In this document: piece after piece, positions 60,171 to 64,000 of the stretch
How positions within the stretch are numbered: the stretch's first letter is position 1
Layout: each line of letters opens with the position of its first letter
Assembly: GCA_963677485.1 (NCBI GenBank)
Contig: OY781964.1
Location: 2,400,001-2,464,000, forward strand
From: Armatimonadota bacterium
GTDB lineage: Bacteria; Armatimonadota; HRBIN16
Length of the DNA: 64,000 nt
Reading direction: 5' to 3'
Translations under genes and position numbers: made by a program
The notes under the pieces: model-generated
Told to the model about the DNA's origin: nothing
The model's input: only the letters and a program-made list of their open reading frames with translations
The model's database searches: none

Positions 60171-61382
60171 ATGCGAAACACCATGGGAACACCTGACAGG
60201 ATCATCTTTCTGCTTGATATGGATGCGTTCTTTGCCAGCGTGGAGGAACGGGAAGAGCCTGATCTGAAGGGGCATCCCGTCATTGTGGTCGGCAGCCCAA
60301 GCCCCCGCGCGGTGGTGTGTGCCGCCAACTATGAGGTTCGCAGATATGGGGTGCATTCCGCCATGGCCTACAGCCGGGCGATGCGCCTCTGCCCTCACGC
60401 CAAAGTGATCACGGCACGCCCGGAGCTCTATCGGGCGACCTCCCGCCGCATCTTCGCGATCTGCGAGACATTTACCGATCTGGTGGAGATATCATCCATC
60501 GACGAGTGCTATCTGGACATGGCTCCCACAGCAGAGCGGTTTGGCGGGGCTGTGGAGGCTGCCAGGGCGCTCAAGAACCGCATCCGCACAGAAGAACGGC
60601 TCACACGCACCATTGGCATCGCCCCGAACAAGATGCTGGCCAAACTGGCTGCTGGCATGAAGAAGCCCGATGGGCTATTTCAGATCACCGCACAGGATGT
60701 CCCCCGCCTGCTCGCGGATCTGCCCGTTGGTGAGATCAACGGGATCGGCGACAAAACCGCGGCCAAGCTGAAGTCCATAGGCGTGAGCACTGCAGGGACA
60801 TTGGCCACTATTGATAGATCGGTTCTGTGCAGAATGTTCGGGAAGACTGGCGACTGGCTGGCGGACGTCAGCCGCGGCATCGACCATTCGCCGGTCGTGC
60901 CCTACTACAACAGCCCAGCGCCCAAATCGGTCAGCAACGAACACACGCTTGAGAACAACACCCACGACATGGAGCTGCTCCGACGCACTTTACGATCCCT
61001 GTCTGAGCAAGTTGCCAGCAGTCTGCGGAAGAGCGGGCTGTCCGCGAAGACCGTGGGGCTGACGCTGCGTTACAGCAACTTTGAACGCATCACCCGCAGC
61101 AAGACGCTCAATGACACCACCGATGATGGCCTCGTGATATACCAGTCGATACTGCCGTTACTGGATGCCGCGATGAAGAACTCCAGGTCGGTGCGTTTGA
61201 TTGGGGTATTTACGGGGAACCTCACCCAGGGAGCCACCCAGCATGGTCTGTTTGACAACCCGAAACTGAAAAGTCTCACCGATGCCGTGGATGCCATGAA
61301 CGACAAGCTGGGCAAGATCGCCGTGAAACCCGCCTCCCTTGTGAACATCGACCAGGATGACCACATCACCTTCCAGGGGTGA
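60171..61382 (+). CDS. dinB: DNA polymerase IV (Y-family)
   Basis: DMDAFFASVE, ANYE.R.YGVHSAM, SIDECYLD, GIAPNK.LAKLA..KKPDG. Confidence 0.93.
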   Translation: MRNTMGTPDRIIFLLDMDAFFASVEEREEPDLKGHPVIVVGSPSPRAVVCAANYEVRRYGVHSAMAYSRAMRLCPHAKVITARPELYRATSRRIFAICETFTDLVEISSIDECYLDMAPTAERFGGAVEAARALKNRIRTEERLTRTIGIAPNKMLAKLAAGMKKPDGLFQITAQDVPRLLADLPVGEINGIGDKTAAKLKSIGVSTAGTLATIDRSVLCRMFGKTGDWLADVSRGIDHSPVVPYYNSPAPKSVSNEHTLENNTHDMELLRRTLRSLSEQVASSLRKSGLSAKTVGLTLRYSNFERITRSKTLNDTTDDGLVIYQSILPLLDAAMKNSRSVRLIGVFTGNLTQGATQHGLFDNPKLKSLTDAVDAMNDKLGKIAVKPASLVNIDQDDHITFQG

Positions 61383-61403
61383 GGGGCTGGGCGGATATAT
61401 TAT

Positions 61404-61545
61404 CTGAACCACGGATTAACCGGATGGCAAACTTGGCCCCTTTGCGTTATGTTCCCCGCCATTCGTGTTCCTTCGTGTGAATTCGTGGTTAAGAACCTCC
61501 CCAGTCAATCCCAAATCTGCGCACTCTGTGTAATCTGTGGATATA
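61404..61545. repeat. Short-period IR cluster (CACGGAT/ATTCGTG/ATCTGTG families) between convergent genes
   Basis: TGAACCACGGATTAACCGGAT; ATTCGTGTTCCTTCGTGTGAATTCGTGGTT; ATCTGCGCACTCTGTGTAATCTGTGGAT. Confidence 0.65.
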
Positions 61546-61548
61546 AAC

Positions 61549-62412
61549 CTACCCCTTCACCAGCCGCAGCAGACAAACCTCAGGCCGGCAGCCGAACCGC
61601 AGCCAGACGGGCCCACGGCCCACGGTGCCCACCCCGCGGCCCACATACAGCGTGGGCTGAGGCATGGGCCGCCCCAGCCGCCTGGCGATGGTGCCGGGTG
61701 ATACCAGACCATCAGCAAGCCAGCCGCCCAGGCGGGTGTGGCTGTATAAAGCGTGCAGGAAGGGCAGCCGCACCTGACCACCATGGGTGTGGCCGCTGAG
61801 GATGAGCTCAAACTGGCTGCAGCGCTCATCTTCCAGGATGTCCGGCGAGTGCGAAATCAACAGACGCAGATCGGCGGCCTCACCGAGTGGGGGCAGCACC
61901 TCACCCAGCCGCGCGGAGTGCAGGAAGGCATCATCCACACCGCCTATCCAGATCGCACTACTGCGATCCGGCAGGGTCAGCTTGTAGGACTGGTTCTCCA
62001 GCACGGTCACCCCAGCCTGCCGCATCTTCTCGCGCAGATGCGGCCAGGTCTGGGCGATGTCATGCTTATGCTCGGTGTTGCCTTTCACCGCAAAAGCACC
62101 CAGCCGGGGTTTCGCGGCGTGGACTATCCGCATCAGCGGCTCGATCCCGCTGGCGGAGTTGGCAAAATCGCCATCCAGAACCAGCAGGTCATACTCACAG
62201 CTCTGCAGAAGCTTCAGGGTGCGTCTCTCAAGGAAACTCCAACGGGTGGTATGAAGGTCGGAAAGCAGCAGGATGCTCAGCCCATCCAGAGCGGTCGGTA
62301 ACTGCGGGAGTGGGATGTCGCGCCGAGTCAGATGCAGCAGTCTGGGTTCCACCAGCGCACCATATGCGTAACAGCCCAGCAATAAACTACAAACAGCCTG
62401 CAGTGGGTTCAT
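61549..62412 (-). CDS. YkuE/YaeI-like metallophosphoesterase
   Basis: SDLH, DGD, KGN.E, SHSPD, LSGHTHGGQVRLP, RG.G, RFGCRPE. Confidence 0.88.
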   Translation of the reverse strand: MNPLQAVCSLLLGCYAYGALVEPRLLHLTRRDIPLPQLPTALDGLSILLLSDLHTTRWSFLERRTLKLLQSCEYDLLVLDGDFANSASGIEPLMRIVHAAKPRLGAFAVKGNTEHKHDIAQTWPHLREKMRQAGVTVLENQSYKLTLPDRSSAIWIGGVDDAFLHSARLGEVLPPLGEAADLRLLISHSPDILEDERCSQFELILSGHTHGGQVRLPFLHALYSHTRLGGWLADGLVSPGTIARRLGRPMPQPTLYVGRGVGTVGRGPVWLRFGCRPEVCLLRLVKG

Positions 62413-63152
62413 GCCTCGGCACCTTCAACGGGCTTGTGGATGATCGCAGCGATGCTGACGCCCCAGGGCAGGTTCACGTGGTCTAGCAACTGCAGCTCAA
62501 GCTGCTGGATTTGGATGAGCAGCCGGTTGAGCCAGGCAGGCAGCCGCGGGATGTGCGCCTGCGGGCCGGAGGCGTCTTTACGCCGCAGCAGGCGGGTGAT
62601 CACCGCAAATGGGAACAGCAGCCAGAGCGCGTAACTGGTGCGGGTGATGTGGAACCCAGCCGTGGCGCATCGTGCGGCTAGCTGAGGGGCGGTGTATCGG
62701 CGATGGTGCATCAGTGCCAGATCATGCTCGCTCCATAGTAGTCCGAAGGCGGGCACGGTGATGACTGCAAACCCTCCCGGTTTAAGCACGCGGTAGAACT
62801 CCTGCAGAGCGGCGATGTCATCTTCAAGGTGCTCCAGGATGTCCGTGGCCACAATCACGTCAATGGAGTCTGCGCGCAGCGGAAGGTGCTCTGCTTTCGC
62901 CTTCATCAAGCCCGTCAGCTCGCGTTGGAGGCAGCAGCCCAAAGCCAGCGGCGACAGATCAATGCCGATCACGCGACCAAACGGCAGCAGTTGCTGCATG
63001 GTGGCACCGGTGCCGCAGCCGATATCGCAGAGCACTAATGGTTTGGGGGGACGAACAGACTGGATGAACTGGCAGACTAACTGGCGTCGGCTGACATACC
63101 ACCAGTATCTGTCCTCGTGATCGAACATGCGCTGGTACTCAGCTGGATTCAT
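62409..63152 (-). CDS. Class I SAM-dependent methyltransferase
   Basis: E..YWWY..RR, DIGCGTG, DILEHL.DD, TVPA...LWS.HD...HHRRY. Confidence 0.9.
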   Translation of the reverse strand: MNPAEYQRMFDHEDRYWWYVSRRQLVCQFIQSVRPPKPLVLCDIGCGTGATMQQLLPFGRVIGIDLSPLALGCCLQRELTGLMKAKAEHLPLRADSIDVIVATDILEHLEDDIAALQEFYRVLKPGGFAVITVPAFGLLWSEHDLALMHHRRYTAPQLAARCATAGFHITRTSYALWLLFPFAVITRLLRRKDASGPQAHIPRLPAWLNRLLIQIQQLELQLLDHVNLPWGVSIAAIIHKPVEGAEA

Positions 63153-63903
63153 ACAGGCTCTTGTTCAGCGATCTATGGCGTCGGCGGATCTGTATCAGTT
63201 TGTGGAACATCTGGTTGGCGTCGCGGAACAGGGAGACTTTGGAGCCCTCCACATGGTGCCACTTCACCCCAACCTCTTTGACTCCAAAACCGAGCCGTCT
63301 GGCTACCACAATCGCCTCGATATCAAACGCGAAACCATCTTCCTGGCAGCGCGAAAAAATCTGATCTGAGGCCTTTTTGGTAAATATCTTAAAGCCACAC
63401 TGCGTATCGATAATCCCGGGCACCGCAAGGGCCTGAACGATCAGGTTAAAGCAGCGTCCCGCCATCTCACGGTACCATGGCTGCCGTTTCTCAAGCTTCG
63501 CGCCTCTGCAGGCACGGCTGGCGATCACCACATCCGCCTGGTTATTCACGATGATAGGCAGCAGATTTTCGGTTTCGTCCAGAGGGGTGGCCAAATCGGC
63601 GTCCATGAACATCACGATGTCACCGCGCGCCTCCAGCATCCCAGTTCGCACCGCGTATCCCTTGCCGTGGTTCGGGGTGTAGTCGATCAGTCTGACCTTC
63701 GGATGCTCCACTGAAAAGCTCCGCACCAGTGCCGCGGTACCATCGGATGAGCCATCGCTCACGATGATTATCTCAAATTCGCAGCCTATAGCCTGGAAAA
63801 AGTCCCACATCTCGGGTAGAGTGCTGTGAAGGCGGGTCTGCTCATTATAGGCGGGTACAATCACAGATAGATGATGGCTACTAAGTAGGGATGACTGCAG
63901 CAA
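63139..63903 (-). CDS. Dolichyl/polyprenyl-phosphate glycosyltransferase-like GT2
   Basis: LSVIVPAYNE, DGSSD.T, NHGKGYAVR.GM, FMDADL, DTQCGFK.F, FAFDIE. Confidence 0.9.
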   Translation of the reverse strand: MLQSSLLSSHHLSVIVPAYNEQTRLHSTLPEMWDFFQAIGCEFEIIIVSDGSSDGTAALVRSFSVEHPKVRLIDYTPNHGKGYAVRTGMLEARGDIVMFMDADLATPLDETENLLPIIVNNQADVVIASRACRGAKLEKRQPWYREMAGRCFNLIVQALAVPGIIDTQCGFKIFTKKASDQIFSRCQEDGFAFDIEAIVVARRLGFGVKEVGVKWHHVEGSKVSLFRDANQMFHKLIQIRRRHRSLNKSLYESS

Positions 63904-64000
63904 GATAAACCTCAGTACGCAACTTAACTCAGGGTGTCACATTTAATATTGTAACGCACAGGTAATAGCTTCCCATAATTTCACGGATATCACGAAAATA

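Overview
This is a GC-rich bacterial chromosome segment. Armatimonadota is a tentative guess, based on the 'AFTILELLVVIAII..LFPV' prepilin-type protein, the many divergent glycoside hydrolases and the gene order. Housekeeping blocks are secA (partial), aspartokinase, pyrG, tRNA-Tyr/tRNA-Thr-tuf-rpmG-tRNA-Trp-secE-nusG-rplK-rplA-tRNA-Val, a separated rplJ-rplL that is not followed by rpoB, nifJ with a DHOD-like gene, greA-tgt and dinB. Between these lie CAZyme-like genes, three tandem paralog sets and several families of palindromic intergenic REP/MITE-like repeats. The main finding is a 1656-bp insertion element present twice (about 11.3-13.0 kb and 50.1-51.8 kb), apparently identical. It has no terminal inverted repeats and is bounded on both sides by CTAA on its coding strand. 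Its single 511-aa protein carries motifs resembling Rep_trans/MOB_T tyrosine nickases plus a C-terminal wHTH. CT^AA is the conserved nick site of pT181-family Rep and MOB_T relaxases. Intact 'empty-site' copies of the repeat that one element interrupts are visible in the window. The element is a candidate single-strand/rolling-circle IS with a Rep_trans-fold transposase. All family assignments come from reading motifs by eye; no searches were run.
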